DNA of 44,045 nucleotides from Candidatus Omnitrophota bacterium (GTDB lineage Bacteria; Omnitrophota; Omnitrophia; Omnitrophales; Aquincolibacteriaceae): NCBI GenBank assembly GCA_041585205.1, contig JBFHCO010000001.1, positions 1 to 44,045 of the forward strand, read 5' to 3'. Shown piece by piece: positions 37,301 to 40,588 of this stretch (position 1 is its first letter; each line of letters starts with the position of its first letter). The notes under the pieces were generated by a model. It saw only the letters and a program-made list of their open reading frames with translations, ran no database searches and was not told where the DNA came from. The position numbers and the translations under genes were made by a program.

Positions 37301-40263
37301 TCAACTTTGGGTTCTACGACTTTAGGCTCTTCAACTTTTGCGGGCTCTTCCACTTTCGGCGCTTCGACAACCGGCGCAGCCGTGACTTCAGCTAACACCC
37401 CGTCGATTTTCTTGCCGTAGTCTCGGAGCATTTCAAGCTGACTGGTCGCAACCCATCCTGAAGGCAGTTTCGCAAAATTGGAAGGAATGCGCGAAAGATC
37501 TTCGCGAATATCCCGAAGATCTTGAAGACCTTCGGCTTTTAACCGATCCGCCGTGATACCGTCCTGGCGCTCCTGAGCCGTCAAGCGGCCTCGCGCTTTA
37601 CGAATCGCTTCACGGATATCATGCTGCGAATTGCGGCTGAAAAAATGGCTCATGCTGTTGAGATACGCTCGTGTGACTTCATCCGCCGGTCCGCCCAGGC
37701 GGTTGGCGATAAATATGGCGACGCGCAAATTGTATTTAATCGCGGGCAGTTTCAGGCCCGTCAAGCCGCGCTGCTTTAATCCGAGCGCCCAGAGAATTCC
37801 TTCATCCTGCATCGCTTCCACCCACATTTCATGGTGCTTCGCGCCGGATTGAGCGAGCATGAAATCTAGGACGGCCATGCGCTCGGCCGGATCCAAATCT
37901 TCCTGCAGCGCACCGGCGATCGGACGAATATCATTTAGAATTCCGCGCAAAATGTAATCTTTTAACTCCGGTTCCTTTTTAGTTTCCACCGCCTCTTCCG
38001 CGACCGGCTGACGCAATTCGGCGCGGGCAACAGGCGCGCGTTTGGCAAAATCTTCGGCCTGATGAACAATCAAAGCGTGGCTCGGCACCACCGCGATGAT
38101 GGTTTCGGTGCCGTTTACCTGAATCGTTTTGCTCAACTGACCACTTAAATCGGAGTAAGACAATCCCAAGTCGCCAAGCACCTTATTGCGGCCGTTGATA
38201 GAATCATATTTCACAGCCACCAGACGCCGCTCCCCGTCAATCAAGGTGGACGGAAAGACAAAGGCTTCCCGGCCGTCATCCTTGAAATAAATACCGGTTT
38301 CCACCGTGCGGCGGATGATTTGCGTCAATATGTCCCGGTCTTCCGCCGGAATCCGCTCGTTGACGGCCTGCGTCAATTCCGTCAACGTCGCCTCGACATT
38401 TTCGGTTTGAAATAGGGATTCGACCGTCGTTAAAATAATCGAAAAAAGAACGGAACCTTTCACAGGGTCGTTTTGCATGACTTCCGCGGCCGGCGTACGG
38501 CCGATGTCACGCAGGAATTGGGCGCCCGTTTGGCCGTTTGGAACCAAACGCCAGGCGGCCAACTGAAAACGCGGGTCATTCAGAACCGCGGTTTGCTTCG
38601 GCGCAAAAAAGGCTTCAACCAGCAATCTTTCCACTGCGGTCGGAGTCTGACGCAATGCGGCGTCATACAGCTGCGCCTCGCGCTCCTCATCAATGCCGTT
38701 CGTGATGCGCGGGGCGATCACCATGTAAGAGTAATTATGTTCTTGAAGGAATTTTTCGATACCGGGCGTATGGAAACCGCCGGTCACAATCGCGGTGACA
38801 GATTGTTTTTCATCCGCCATTTTGTCAATGGCCTTACGGATCATGATGCGGTCACGCTCAAGCGCCGCGGCATAAAACTTTTCGACACGCGGTAAATCAC
38901 GATCCAGATTGCCGAGCTCATGCGGCAGGCCGAAAGCAAATTTGTGCTCTTTCAGCTTCGGCTGAAGAAAATCCGTGAACGTTGCGGCTTGGAACTCGCT
39001 GCGGTAAGCATAAAAGAATTCGGCGTCCTGCTTGGTGAGGCGGAAATCAAACATCTTGCGGTAAATATCATAAATCCGGTAAAGCCGGTCGAGCGTCACC
39101 TCATCTTGATTGCGGAAGAGTTTGTTCTTAATCGCCTTCTCAACCAATTCAATTTCATCAAATACCTTGACGTCAATCGCATCATAAAGCTGCATGTATC
39201 GCAGATATTTGAGGACATTGTCATATTTATCCTGCAGCGCAATCGGATTGCCTCCCCCGTTCACCACATCCACGGTGGTGTTATTGATTTCTTCTTCCAA
39301 ATAACCGTAATAGGCGGCGCGCTTCATTTTTTTCATGCGGAACTGCACGCTGTTCGTGAGAAATCTGGAGAGTTTTTCGCGGGAGAGCACATTTTTAAGA
39401 TCCTGATTCAAGCCTTCGATTTCCTGCTCGGCCTTTTCAAAATCAATTTGGCTCTCGAGATCGATCATGGCAAGCAGTGAATGCATGCGCGGGTAATCGT
39501 ACAGAGCGATTTTATTTTCCTGGGCCATGCCCATCAAATAGCGGATATAGCGCACCAATTCGCGGCCCTCTTCATGGAAAGAGGCGCGCTGTTTCAGGAG
39601 GTTGCGCAAATCATCCGAAAAGACATAACGGGAAACACCGTCCAGAACTTTGCCGAGCTGGATGAGAATGTCTTCGTTTTGGTCTTTGATCTCGAGGGTT
39701 TGAAGGTATGCATTGCGGTTCTTTTCGTAAATTTCGCGCTCTTCCACGCCGAAAAGCTTGATTTCCGGGCGTTCGACAATCGCAAGATACTCGGGGCCGG
39801 TCAAACGGCCTTCCTGCAGTAAATAATCGGCCACGTTCTGGCGGGCCTGCTTATTCGGAAAAAAATTGAAAAGTTCGGTGTAAAGGTGGCCTTCCGCGCC
39901 TTCCAAACTCACCCATTGAATGCCGTGATTTTTCGCGAAGTAATCGATGATCTTGGCGATATTGCGCTGCGCCTCTTCGTTGATGTGCGCATCCTGGATG
40001 TGAATGACGATATGGTCGCGGGAGCCTTGAAAACTGGATTTGATTTGACCGATGGAATCGGGAAGATTTAAAGCGTCAAAAATGCCGTTGGAGTTATTTG
40101 AAACAGAAAAGTCTGGAGAGGATGCCTTCTGATTTCCGCTCAGGGCCTGTGCCACCATATTGCCGTCAGCCCATGCTACGGTCGTCGTCGTGAAGATGGC
40201 TGCCACCACAAAGGCAGTCGTCCTCAGCCAAATTTTAAGTCTTCCGGTTTGCCAGGTATACAT
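13390..40263 (-). CDS. Giant (8,957 aa, 26.9 kb) exported/membrane-embedded mosaic protein
   Basis: A single frame of 8,957 codons with no stop, ATG at 40261-40263 and TAA at 13390-13392 followed by an intrinsic terminator. Signal-peptide-like N-terminus MYTWQTGRLKIWLRTTAFVVAAIFTTTTVAWA/D. All other frames across the span hold only short ORFs. Recognisable sub-regions are listed separately. Confidence 0.9.
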   Translation of the reverse strand: MYTWQTGRLKIWLRTTAFVVAAIFTTTTVAWADGNMVAQALSGNQKASSPDFSVSNNSNGIFDALNLPDSIGQIKSSFQGSRDHIVIHIQDAHINEEAQRNIAKIIDYFAKNHGIQWVSLEGAEGHLYTELFNFFPNKQARQNVADYLLQEGRLTGPEYLAIVERPEIKLFGVEEREIYEKNRNAYLQTLEIKDQNEDILIQLGKVLDGVSRYVFSDDLRNLLKQRASFHEEGRELVRYIRYLMGMAQENKIALYDYPRMHSLLAMIDLESQIDFEKAEQEIEGLNQDLKNVLSREKLSRFLTNSVQFRMKKMKRAAYYGYLEEEINNTTVDVVNGGGNPIALQDKYDNVLKYLRYMQLYDAIDVKVFDEIELVEKAIKNKLFRNQDEVTLDRLYRIYDIYRKMFDFRLTKQDAEFFYAYRSEFQAATFTDFLQPKLKEHKFAFGLPHELGNLDRDLPRVEKFYAAALERDRIMIRKAIDKMADEKQSVTAIVTGGFHTPGIEKFLQEHNYSYMVIAPRITNGIDEEREAQLYDAALRQTPTAVERLLVEAFFAPKQTAVLNDPRFQLAAWRLVPNGQTGAQFLRDIGRTPAAEVMQNDPVKGSVLFSIILTTVESLFQTENVEATLTELTQAVNERIPAEDRDILTQIIRRTVETGIYFKDDGREAFVFPSTLIDGERRLVAVKYDSINGRNKVLGDLGLSYSDLSGQLSKTIQVNGTETIIAVVPSHALIVHQAEDFAKRAPVARAELRQPVAEEAVETKKEPELKDYILRGILNDIRPIAGALQEDLDPAERMAVLDFMLAQSGAKHHEMWVEAMQDEGILWALGLKQRGLTGLKLPAIKYNLRVAIFIANRLGGPADEVTRAYLNSMSHFFSRNSQHDIREAIRKARGRLTAQERQDGITADRLKAEGLQDLRDIREDLSRIPSNFAKLPSGWVATSQLEMLRDYGKKIDGVLAEVTAAPVVEAPKVEEPAKVEEPKVVEPKVEEVKPAEPAVAPAPAVTPGLQDVIQEIVSKHAGEALPDLKKVKAIRIDAEKEAIIQRILEAYGFDSGDLDKLAAVTGLTRDASLEQWRYVYEQLEKAAELHYVRRDAQPHKEPIPGNTLLAKTGYVIKSFFNSPRLSIGKLIGKILMLGPHLLDSFFFSFYRRKISFHWFRSRIAPLPREIALDVLAGAMLNAKDLKVGRAAQMRYGNSVPSRIGRGLNKWLIQPFVASTSQFIYRRWKLAIFSAIGMGLVTVLMPASVAGIGLLSPAIVSGVAGIPIIGIVVGALANALTLGSLTNSAILAFLLTIPNFSAKLSNARIDRAVIEQINQLKKLPNLDFATVRKVITDISASTNLPEDQKRNVVLELRSLLPHVRFATSAEKALLNRLVDEAEKRPIPAEVVTEAPRAPPAVAPEVKAPGYFYRYVVAPISGFFAALALSTFWFAFIKSWGGLVIVSAEIAGLAGHHVPEGETPDPTLHYGAAQWIDKYTATPVYNLVTGSDQPLVKFISVPVEFVELNAINWGHNLLNKAESYSGIGISDTTMQATASVLGWMGVHTEAGDLALQGWRSAEIQTLQQFGNVLTDMRERKVIDERIAGSFENELAQVKANRPADDKQRANLLNEMAYSLQLFEIYGKATKKEEAKAPAVTPEAVPVTEEPVEVAREEEKLLEELEPKPEVLAPQEVPEADVDKLLAEMEAAAARIRERLALQSAEEVIRQSQDAKTKKDFEAALEKLREMRRAATAQLNEEAGRVPADEKRITELNDRVRALSDAIRNAKPPVEVVEDAKEAAKSGPVGGFANWMTRILDKALEGAIEQRQKDLRELERQQRVREAEIQRYREILYKEFSSNLPEELDDALIPEGAVGRLLRGRVDLKQRFVDYFIEQLEAATDNRIWEAEREHFEAALEKTVKDKYVLYSYPQPDYSRDDVAKLYEFHDQLADAFTKIIESRFNSNLLREHLAKDLSDVLFRQGEVGRKLDERKDLKNKFLDYFVETLSGLTGGKIYRATEAEFRAALDKTIVDVYVIYDYPQPEGTKDEIADLYRYHEILGRAFKSVVDVRFDPTADLFQLDGPRIDTVRDLPIHPGAEGLTFDQIAKYAVLAHAIPRENSMLLTERNADALKAERSLKLDLIAEARASIPDFLNIPSTWVSDGVRLGVGAELSFYLYDATDEIRPALADKQMLAKFKMSQKEVIGAVTEAAKLVNDYTRAVGEVQDIEAILTELNEKGTLEELKKRYSKGFDAYAGWNANRLERALQERLRVAREWESDIKNRIAHLMGVSANTVTLDPRYSNPDFYNDPAKKTAELQKATQEILSEFGIEPAEEGEQIVDIRLAELNRELRQMDSVLTNARESWSVIFRLRAMFPFFVDPISSAGWSAWLPIAIERGQEPLPPLAYQYRAYRNLFIYFGDIDRIQQKLDDLRGREIEPGVFEGGRVKEAQENLRLAQEEYSKARGMLDRYVERFKQGESSEMLHAAQVRFERASLSLRDAVNNVERVNIELRELTQTVDKGVKQYKDDVRAGRFNEDFYVNLFEQPVRDHKEFNSESWKEDLKKHGMDWRNAIERVHQREVKEVLIKLMLKLDDHAFLGILGFWHLWLIRDQGDVTEKLKDLQNKEWEILDRVEEATVTIREKEDRIIEIAERIETLKNEIDTVGDAYFLFIMTKSKEARIASRQREIEALREESAQLQYQIPLLKNGYWQDGKYVPGLKDHVQDLYKNADEKYAELDRVMNKAMPSIWKDRVEDVREARIELEKEFESKKDKLNWSERLEYLEKIRMYQQREQQLVEDLSRRLKEDGTINAADYLSFRDSKLVKVTAEAFRIAPDDVAGPQGFARGLPDRGVGVNFEFLIGKQYHGEVELLYHSMLKSGEVQKVNEIEFAKNVARLHIILRQINSRIQGFESQKATYERVIEQYTARREKAPAQRERIDASVTWAETELASINKAIESLNQERERAAKLYKYSLGLKVDDQVAFEYGKLPALGKDVSREELVKAFRDVVKDFDPSAVDRIPKEDFLIAWAVYDIANEHQGIRAELVPLLLRTGPGVFTSVELAHFGKMSDLAVDRVVAEYGIRKADVALQAARNGNRGYQDQLERTNLNTRDQLAESRRLHDESQNRLRIFADKLKAAGTSDRDLAELWKLSQELDTLQREDNYQIQSLNHALTELNLASREGIQITPADTNEQQRRFEQMGGTDGALDLAKPENVEGVKDTMVNRVAYLNTQTAAAVAELRHKTRWLRHLTISAQASLIPQDIDIPSILPIIQPAPNPPIPGIQGRTERFFTGSFGIEFAYHPLEALYSQLHNIADLETRQLEHAEAYLNNETKRVTHNMIYDVTRQRGFANAIQLQADELEALYEMIQRAEADETTQNKARDYHERKQYQATTEERAYQNALTNFKTLTNIPQAKEVVVPAEENVVQAIVDQAPTTPEALVRLAENDPQLKAFLLNMDIGKLREIQSTWERWLSSRVALAAGISKLFGSSRDMDDLKRALGDRTIDDVKPFLYGVIELRLHLLNAEGDARIEIEKMKQKLAASQVPSLVDSIRFQALNEYYAYLRAQGNLYQRLGDYVMAQDRYQDMLRLYLDKKIESSDLFTALDRKNIAELSLIAAHNDFNKSVNNLSHTLQQFGEKDGVQILREVRYEKLPYRADQQTVAAREREELLRREIARRAPEVPVKAEEVVAERARIAQQIAFMEQMRTALDAATKEAGDQRTRVERTLTQKHSVEIKAPVHTPKTNVLNDNLSADAAEVAKGIYGINLTQPTKVTDKVTQEERIGDVVTQAVFVDDILVKSGQARGLTERENEVRIKLLRALTAQGYLGARADANAPVSQIQALIDKLPESVRRTAQLGVRWDEHLSNTLTSEQKGYMGLDTATALDKAVDLRLLGFYDYFAMRLLAHLPEGMLNDPHATADNIVEKTLEVNPDIKRAIQKHVIFLKIQIQEMLEPGVLNVSREDLEFLKQDGVFSADAREAADRIDYKQWTQVYPAGTDAEFIRDKFIKWVEESRADTAFRIHFKFNRDQDLLAEFQKARNRILDLYKDPTGKTLALHGNVEDIAIITAWEFLSRSGSLYDADPELRLARLENLVKIVKKLKDNRAGLYDAIYPEASDEALIALPDASLLRALIANLEAQKAAGVTLGPNVIYKLEQNIEAEKEKLRDGLFMGETVFMALSAAEKFGKPLDQMTDGDIDAVYASVVDFYDKAPRIREILEKSGLYTALDLKDARQKGVVAAWYDYARRYSLTEAELELIIYVVGSLKDRVKELRGKLDLNHPDDIGLLMGHVGTIIGYSGWKEAPDHVIRIWRGFPLEQRIEVYKEVLGIAYKISPNLEKLLALDEPGFKLDLENPDDVGFVFGHAFMIKALWGWEFATPHAQNVWNQLSLEDRTQAYSDALEVAVNLKDDLESVLGRKLNLRDKKGDDAGILLGHSLIVAYPPLRDDLTQTERDALNSVPLADRIQLEEARFEMMRQLIRPIPAVDQKFKANFYEYHKTIEGIDYTADKYRKDPRFIGDYIGALKHWTDFVDRMNKIAEQSGKTYTVEDLKVELRHRLNVFHAAQDRWGRVIQEEAIGFYVNQLRELAQKYPEAGIDLGNREIISRIFENIAYARGIRERAGTHLIDEVKLKITNNESPEPWETAGERDELLKHLAVLRDQKVDDKEAFYMGTERMFQELKKGESLIDPKVSAAIQDRLFKRLIVETYLQGIFMIHNKNVYEEAIQMFDSQVGEMVERLKKNPDFSKETLGKFIKYSAKTWRMAFRMQVDVASRLENPEIAKDVPLPTRRGQVEGYVARLHEQGLNQYQDLDKRLSQDFSDMAFTQSEVYKTQDKKFLPWHLLPSFLRELRGGDDIPLSEYEMNRASRRLASTYKEVLSLMNLEDYERRAFVYYKWQQDLDEVLTKDQIYTLTQEFKQLEAEMLQRGYGQGDVETTLGDLIERSSSVYYGFMDLAAPGIYNRDETLNIRDHLNRTLWELRGEVAPGVFEVILESSGRETMMRANDKIFNTLPRILEELEAKKVLEQIRLERNAQALETQARVADRKGLLNEILTVQAKAKEVYGLEISSASAALLVKFMARDGYTADGVIYKYEVVPHRVADLYARIMKPDLYESYKDNIRELFTKEEWEFIGGIAAQIAERVDFTDSRDGLQSEILKETETRIRGYLEPRLKDTNIPESIRKELSDYDAKVQNLTREKYADLELGRLEEILKLSAHLKVELGRINRTPDEKKLILLGNNAFMSEVSPEKITRWIDTSISVREKIKKEDIAVDGPMMDRILYSVDGWYQVGLAEIPAKIEITAKDVKPVVLSELNTLNRRLKELGVERVEFPDTAADDITAVMVEKQIPPIAFKNLADQTLRLRELIVDSAEKDAAKSVTSDRTKAPRGTYDLNLWLTGKQLLVITDTLMVDPTKRIGLTKTWDYSDEKMERFQRPMNSMYKNVLEDRLREEVPESVWQKHWSEIEKARYNLFLGRGVEIFGQRYFSGTPVGNLTLALIAASVLTIAVGFLKFIRLAATRPWAKPVLEGAPDPNAVEQSREFRQIWYRSFPYHVVMTFLNLFITATAILIFGFSFVDPVVLALYAITFVYLIHVVLEINIGKFFVNLLLPRFIPGVSPTLNAAILPEHITDEKSFEVISPLRPTDDNQLIEVIQKNIDLLKSVNSNNFVAVMILQAEGNNAATLARYQDILRRMVFENNDIDNDGNPAIPQHVKDRFIVMMMKGIGKPHNVLKWERWLEMQSEGEDAVTEGWIYGLRSEDPMPTPGHPAYLQDPSGVVRIGVDPSDNRRVGIMTTAAGAQNLLRLRNEGPRDGRDRPLIQNGVILDQDNYTAANTILRMINTMDDSFSVWQARIAYYNEAVSLYAYALKEVPNKGLGIMSQLGTAKIEGGVRSAGKYFVRPRLYFESEAKDNQYALMFALDPTYVQSEDAFRNIFGRVAYVPDAVIFESTPANFLDELGREETKWLPTFDFRNFVVLHTPINRTLRNLGAFRLTFGVISAAFLITAFLAPYATLFLSVGALSGVLAFIFHKLYHAVGQGKIKAAIVYYLLEQIRATGVIAGSDVNNQILAAIEKWYQEKISNIVAGAENVTDLNARVNAELNNLSAALQRLAVPGLPATIFHPSDTGYVTNVMAGMEAPDAILQMIEQNTALTDNDKRKLRAPIEKLKYDRLPKIPLRGKYAENQVTRGLFSEPIWLVQLIITFYAMIHPGTLEVAFPFLGEILFLFIMITLVHTKFTGRLLNRLYAVVNPPLRDDGSPREFSGFFDRWVKYPAKQIGWFIALDIPSAAFEFVASTGVYLQKIIIKQYELMMATIRVYKEMRERLSGKKGEGTWPSFEESQRTLPLPAYLMKMRLVFNIGLGIVLLALPGFAPLAFVAQATFLGLTAYAWIGIIAAILFGLFPLASMTINKETFEKMKKEQVPETKLVYFGSIATVVILIAAGFLGPLFAGVIPADLVMRAGPILISSFIMGPGIAYFIGRMTNVQKTPGTPPTYPGAAMGTRWTAALHGVAIIAIAAFFTLGPPILSGMPMIGAYIPTGDGGASALLPTQLMFSEILRLPWYFSVFFNTIIYGAIYLGIIGYMIGVWTWIRGSYLSTLFPKVFGDREYEAVFKKWLDEHPEADAKKINNYANLMIEQYVLLWFGQRRIHQIAADAIAARSTAPATPAPVPAEEAPVEEPVAEEEPSATPILDRVASEIPQEYLDRINKVREWVIQDVIADHGSIDTYWHTVLDEPARMLAQSRYPGDIAKAQAYALDQHAWPAIKRLAMDPIMTYAMNAADAAAIFVEIGGESEPEKALYHKLQDAGRIEKRSELRAAVDLRNVIAERLVKGERYGARLADFVKNQIRYEDSEEIRELMEQIRKDRSGAGIRDKEFSVFLRDDNYKGREGAVKLNRELYQAVVRYVQSQPERTFESITKAFESIEIGHQQELLDGFVRKLFDVKDAAAKEQLIDPLEDFINKGAQWRTAQGDNASLHMHMLEIISNIQAKARRAEEEAAKGFLSRQGQERVRAQREALREFNILLSEYYTQDKYGVEATLKLAEAVYGAAVRFVSQRPATRAMREFPLAPPSPAPQAPSAPAVTQISLDIIKDGAQRAVQKYSEQLHDFIITQGQKFVEGTAIFGFITNTVNVDPEIISKASWEHLRTHGFQGRDVIAIGQAVYDEISALLRTLDKIEKQEELPKEAGDVSLDEMFPKTAPSSEGARVSDDDFPDWMKEEKPAEPAPAAEQPAEQPVTPAPVEEAAPAAQPIEESQATDSGLPDWLDDKAEEPAPTEAPAAEEAPAPTPVEEKQGPSTTEVIMALDQQDKPVTRPVSQVAVPVEGQIPRDEEVRPAGSEEAPSEEQGDVDMQILEEPYEPKPTTAQAPAQEPEPVAEEPKQEESLTKMMARVADTKIPGQTTDVTGVTATPPPSVPYVIPVITQDDDRINKIADRVLQTEDFKYVYRVQDLKSWVSADVKDPVSHWQWMTTNRPDEANVAMAQSGLNEEEAKQFAYEEALLPYINAPPLMERILAKVLTADERAFVLAYYRNNEREALLQFYRKLINRLPGILALIAPPTPPAAPPSDVAPPAPPADEEPVTPAPTEEPSVAPEQADQIVNDIVGRWLADDQVRTAVEGVHVAIAEQRWNAVDYWEHPSFPGEERLRMISSVSEDFEGDKRLEEAQRVAWNGVVVTVMTPSGLFEKHTLTTEQNVLLQAYGTKEKALVALYERMREKLAESLTLILPANAPVTDQSRRTAAFVHTLNERLVTGEQGWNQDRNWAELERQSNRELASDAVSKPVTEYLNQLLATRSREDAKREAWTASREVRRAAASILGRLRNQIAESPLILSVQSDPEARVRRAAGKALAKIVTDAAVLTQVYFNNLESQDGNIRQEAAAALGELEKTKKIPLNRREEIATALLAILKLDPVKKVRNAAAKALWEMDDEGKVVTRFNVPKEELANHYLEALNKDDAGIRVDSATALGNLGVASDSVVNELMQVASSDANANVRTAATEALRNLDIDKARLASDVYVKSLNNDDNAAIRREGAEGLMDIAETDPDLIAPSIQNALKSRTVDPNHDVRNAVRGVLRELDLDPDELAAVYVRALENTNAGVRRDAAETLGVLEHPKPSVAEALIERLDDSSVQVRAAAVTALARLAVALDGVEKPTAATRELRNKIMRAIAAKKNDVTDVAFAVAEGLKEAGYRNKKELVEIYTDVLNRVKPAPGTQPDPDKTALMRRQIVESIADAVARVKDESLRDAVYQVVLDRLQNDPSQGVRRDAIQALGALRKPEAVSILTEKLRTADAEERVLAVGILGQFPAAQVESTLLESLTEDAEPEVRLAAAENLGQIGTRNSIEALGQVVGEDANEKVRLAARVALKKLNASKKDLVQFDVMALQSPEKPVQLEALASLGELADKRSIQALSVKVGDADPEIRVAAVRALGRVGDRRVADVIIPRLQDRGPQGADQETQAAVLEERVTAIEALTQLGGRKAIAALTDAVTDNEGIVRRKAIRALRSMTVEVNNNDLTDIYQKGLKHGEEGVRVDAVNALVRTGVKAERDVKTRIVQLLTESLGFNNDTKITNPADVDTSASVRQTIREGLTKQLKVPGEMLAQIYTHWLLFNERDPETVKAMKTEAMDVIRQHGIYSGHEVETLRAVLNQETDPDIFKGAVRTFEKLGAPSASQAQVEQVFEAMDKRIDAEPEGSEFKRVATEARLQLLDALSVLVTSGEISEKRRKAIMDAMPNVQRAELRRETEFVEVVALSEAAAAMQQLKQEIAFLNQRALELGMNLENEIIQLTNDLVPFVVDLVPGHIDVAGAYVLEVSVETYDRAFIEQALRQLTGETQLVLFIDPAMAGAEDVLAQVRNDFAAELAVKRLVADELDIRAVWTLTGFIEQLAAARKLTLNDTLQVRVDETARLAAPELVTSVLIGAVKLAEGRIVVATDRDLTLPGSQEITVSAILSNIVAQFAGKRETARAA
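14650..16900 (-). other. Array of about 18-20 HEAT / PBS-lyase-type repeats
   Basis: Recurrent Dxx-VR-xxAaxALgxl units: DPEARVRRAAGKALAKI, DGNIRQEAAAALGEL, VKKVRNAAAKALWEM, DAGIRVDSATALGNLG, NANVRTAATEALRNL, NAGVRRDAAETLGVL. Also SVQVRAAAVTALARL, SQGVRRDAIQALGAL, EPEVRLAAAENLGQIG, DPEIRVAAVRALGRVG, EGIVRRKAIRALRSM, EEGVRVDAVNALVRTG and others. Confidence 0.8.
20530..23850 (-). other. Polytopic membrane region (about 3-4 hydrophobic segments, a soluble insert, then about 10-11 more)
   Basis: Hydrophobic runs include LTLALIAASVLTIAVGFLKFI, VMTFLNLFITATAILIFGFSFV and LALYAITFVYLIHVVL. After the insert come FRLTFGVISAAFLITAFLAPYATLFLSVGALSGVLAFIF, IWLVQLIITFYAMI, FLGEILFLFIMITLV and LVFNIGLGIVLLALPGFAPLAFVAQATFLGLTAYAWIGIIAAILFGLFPLA. 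Further runs are FGSIATVVILIAAGFLGPLFAGV, ILISSFIMGPGIAYFIG, LHGVAIIAIAAFFTLGPPIL and FSVFFNTIIYGAIYLGIIGYMIGVWTWI. Confidence 0.65.
22380..23420 (-). other. Glycosyltransferase-like soluble core resembling FKS/callose synthase (GT48), or a processive GT2
   Basis: Colinear motifs: VILDQDNY (22819-36; compare ID-x-NQDNY of glucan/callose synthases), GGVRSAGK (22621-44; compare GGVSKAQK), QSEDAFRN (22516-30; compare NEDIYAG / TED), GREETKW (22414-28; compare QxxRW). The core is flanked on both sides by TM clusters. Confidence 0.45.
26990..27490 (-). repeat. Tandem protein repeat, 3 x ~70 aa, diverged
   Basis: The three units are KLDLNHPDDIGLLMGHVGTIIGYSGW...IWRGFPLEQRIEVY, FKLDLENPDDVGFVFGHAFMIKALWGW...VWNQLSLEDRTQAY and RKLNLRDKKGDDAGILLGHSLIV...LNSVPLADRIQLE. 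Confidence 0.75.
29400..30450 (-). other. TolC/outer-membrane-efflux-protein-like segment (two helical half-repeats)
   Basis: LVRLAENDPQLKAFLLNMDIGKLREIQ resembles the OEP-family NNPxLxAA start. The end, AQDRYQDMLRLYLDKKIESSDLFTALDRKNIAELSLIAAHNDFNKSVNNLSHTLQQFG, resembles the OEP Yxxgxxsxldvl-Aq...L..alG end. An analogous half lies upstream (FGIEFAYHPLEALYSQ...YQNALTNFKTLTNI). Pattern-level similarity only. Confidence 0.3.
34100..34770 (-). repeat. Tandem protein repeat, 2 x ~110 aa (330-nt period), diverged
   Basis: ...GAVGRLLRGRVDLKQRFVDYFIEQL...FEAALEKTVKDKYVLYSYPQPDYSRDDVAKLYEFHDQLADAF..RFN aligns with ...GEVGRKLDERKDLKNKFLDYFVETL...FRAALDKTIVDVYVIYDYPQPEGTKDEIADLYRYHEILGRAF..RFD. The YPQP codons sit at about 34531 and 34201. 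Confidence 0.8.
35900..36900 (-). other. First cluster of predicted transmembrane segments
   Basis: Long uncharged hydrophobic runs, for example LAIFSAIGMGLVTVLMPASVAGIGLLSPAIVSGVAGIPIIGIVVGALANALTLGSLTNSAILAFLLTIP and ISGFFAALALSTFWFAFIKSWGGLVIVSAEIAGLAG. Confidence 0.6.
38690..40160 (-). other. N-terminal module, copy 3 (TraB/TIKI-like)
   Basis: IVIHIQDAH (IQDAH at 39985-39999), WVSLEGAEG, LFGVEEREIY, ALERDRIM, AIVTGGFH (GGFH at 38770-38781). The motif order matches the other two copies, and the IQxAH-to-GGFH spacing is similar (about 380-405 aa). Confidence 0.5.
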
Positions 40264-40465
40264 AATTAAACCATTAAGAACTTAAAAATCGCGGACACTT
40301 AAAATACCTTTATAAAAGATGTATCTCAAGCTTCTGCAAAGTTCGGACAAAGAGTAACACGCACTATACGGAATTGCAAGGTCTTATTAAAATTATTTAA
40401 TATCATCTACATCCGTAACTCATTTGAAATCAATGCGTTAATAAATGCTATAAATTTTAATAAGT

Positions 40466-40474
40466 TGTTATAAT
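40466..40474 (+). promoter_or_regulatory. Candidate plus-strand extended -10 promoter (TGTTATAAT) pointing into element copy 2
   Basis: TGnTATAAT at 40466-40474, with a perfect TATAAT at 40469-40474. The predicted start near 40481 is the first G of a hairpin ggggtcaggt-atttt-acctgtcccc (40481-40505). There is no good -35, and the region is AT-rich. Confidence 0.3.
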
Positions 40475-40588
40475 CCCATCGGGGTCAGGTATTTTACCTG
40501 TCCCCGGTGGCTTGCACCGCGCTTACATATATAAGTATATATGGTGATTACGAGGTTTGCTGGTGTTAGGCGGTACTTAGCTGCAGAT

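Noticed and set aside
13415-40071. Dozens of plus-strand ORFs of 60-200 aa in the supplied track inside the giant genes (for example 25141..25737, 15921..16487, 17959..18528, 38920..39480; similarly 1357..10056 inside the 3,178-aa ORF)
   Set aside because: All lie antisense within very long uninterrupted minus-strand frames. Their products are low-complexity or Arg/Ser/Pro/Phe-rich, as expected for shadow frames. None has a recognisable motif or RBS.
40264-40480. A specific sigma70 promoter for the 8,957-aa ORF
   Set aside because: The 217-bp upstream region is very AT-rich and offers many weak hexamer pairs. None had good -35/-10 matches with 16-18 nt spacing, and the ATG lacks an obvious Shine-Dalgarno sequence. 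I can say only that the promoter probably lies here.
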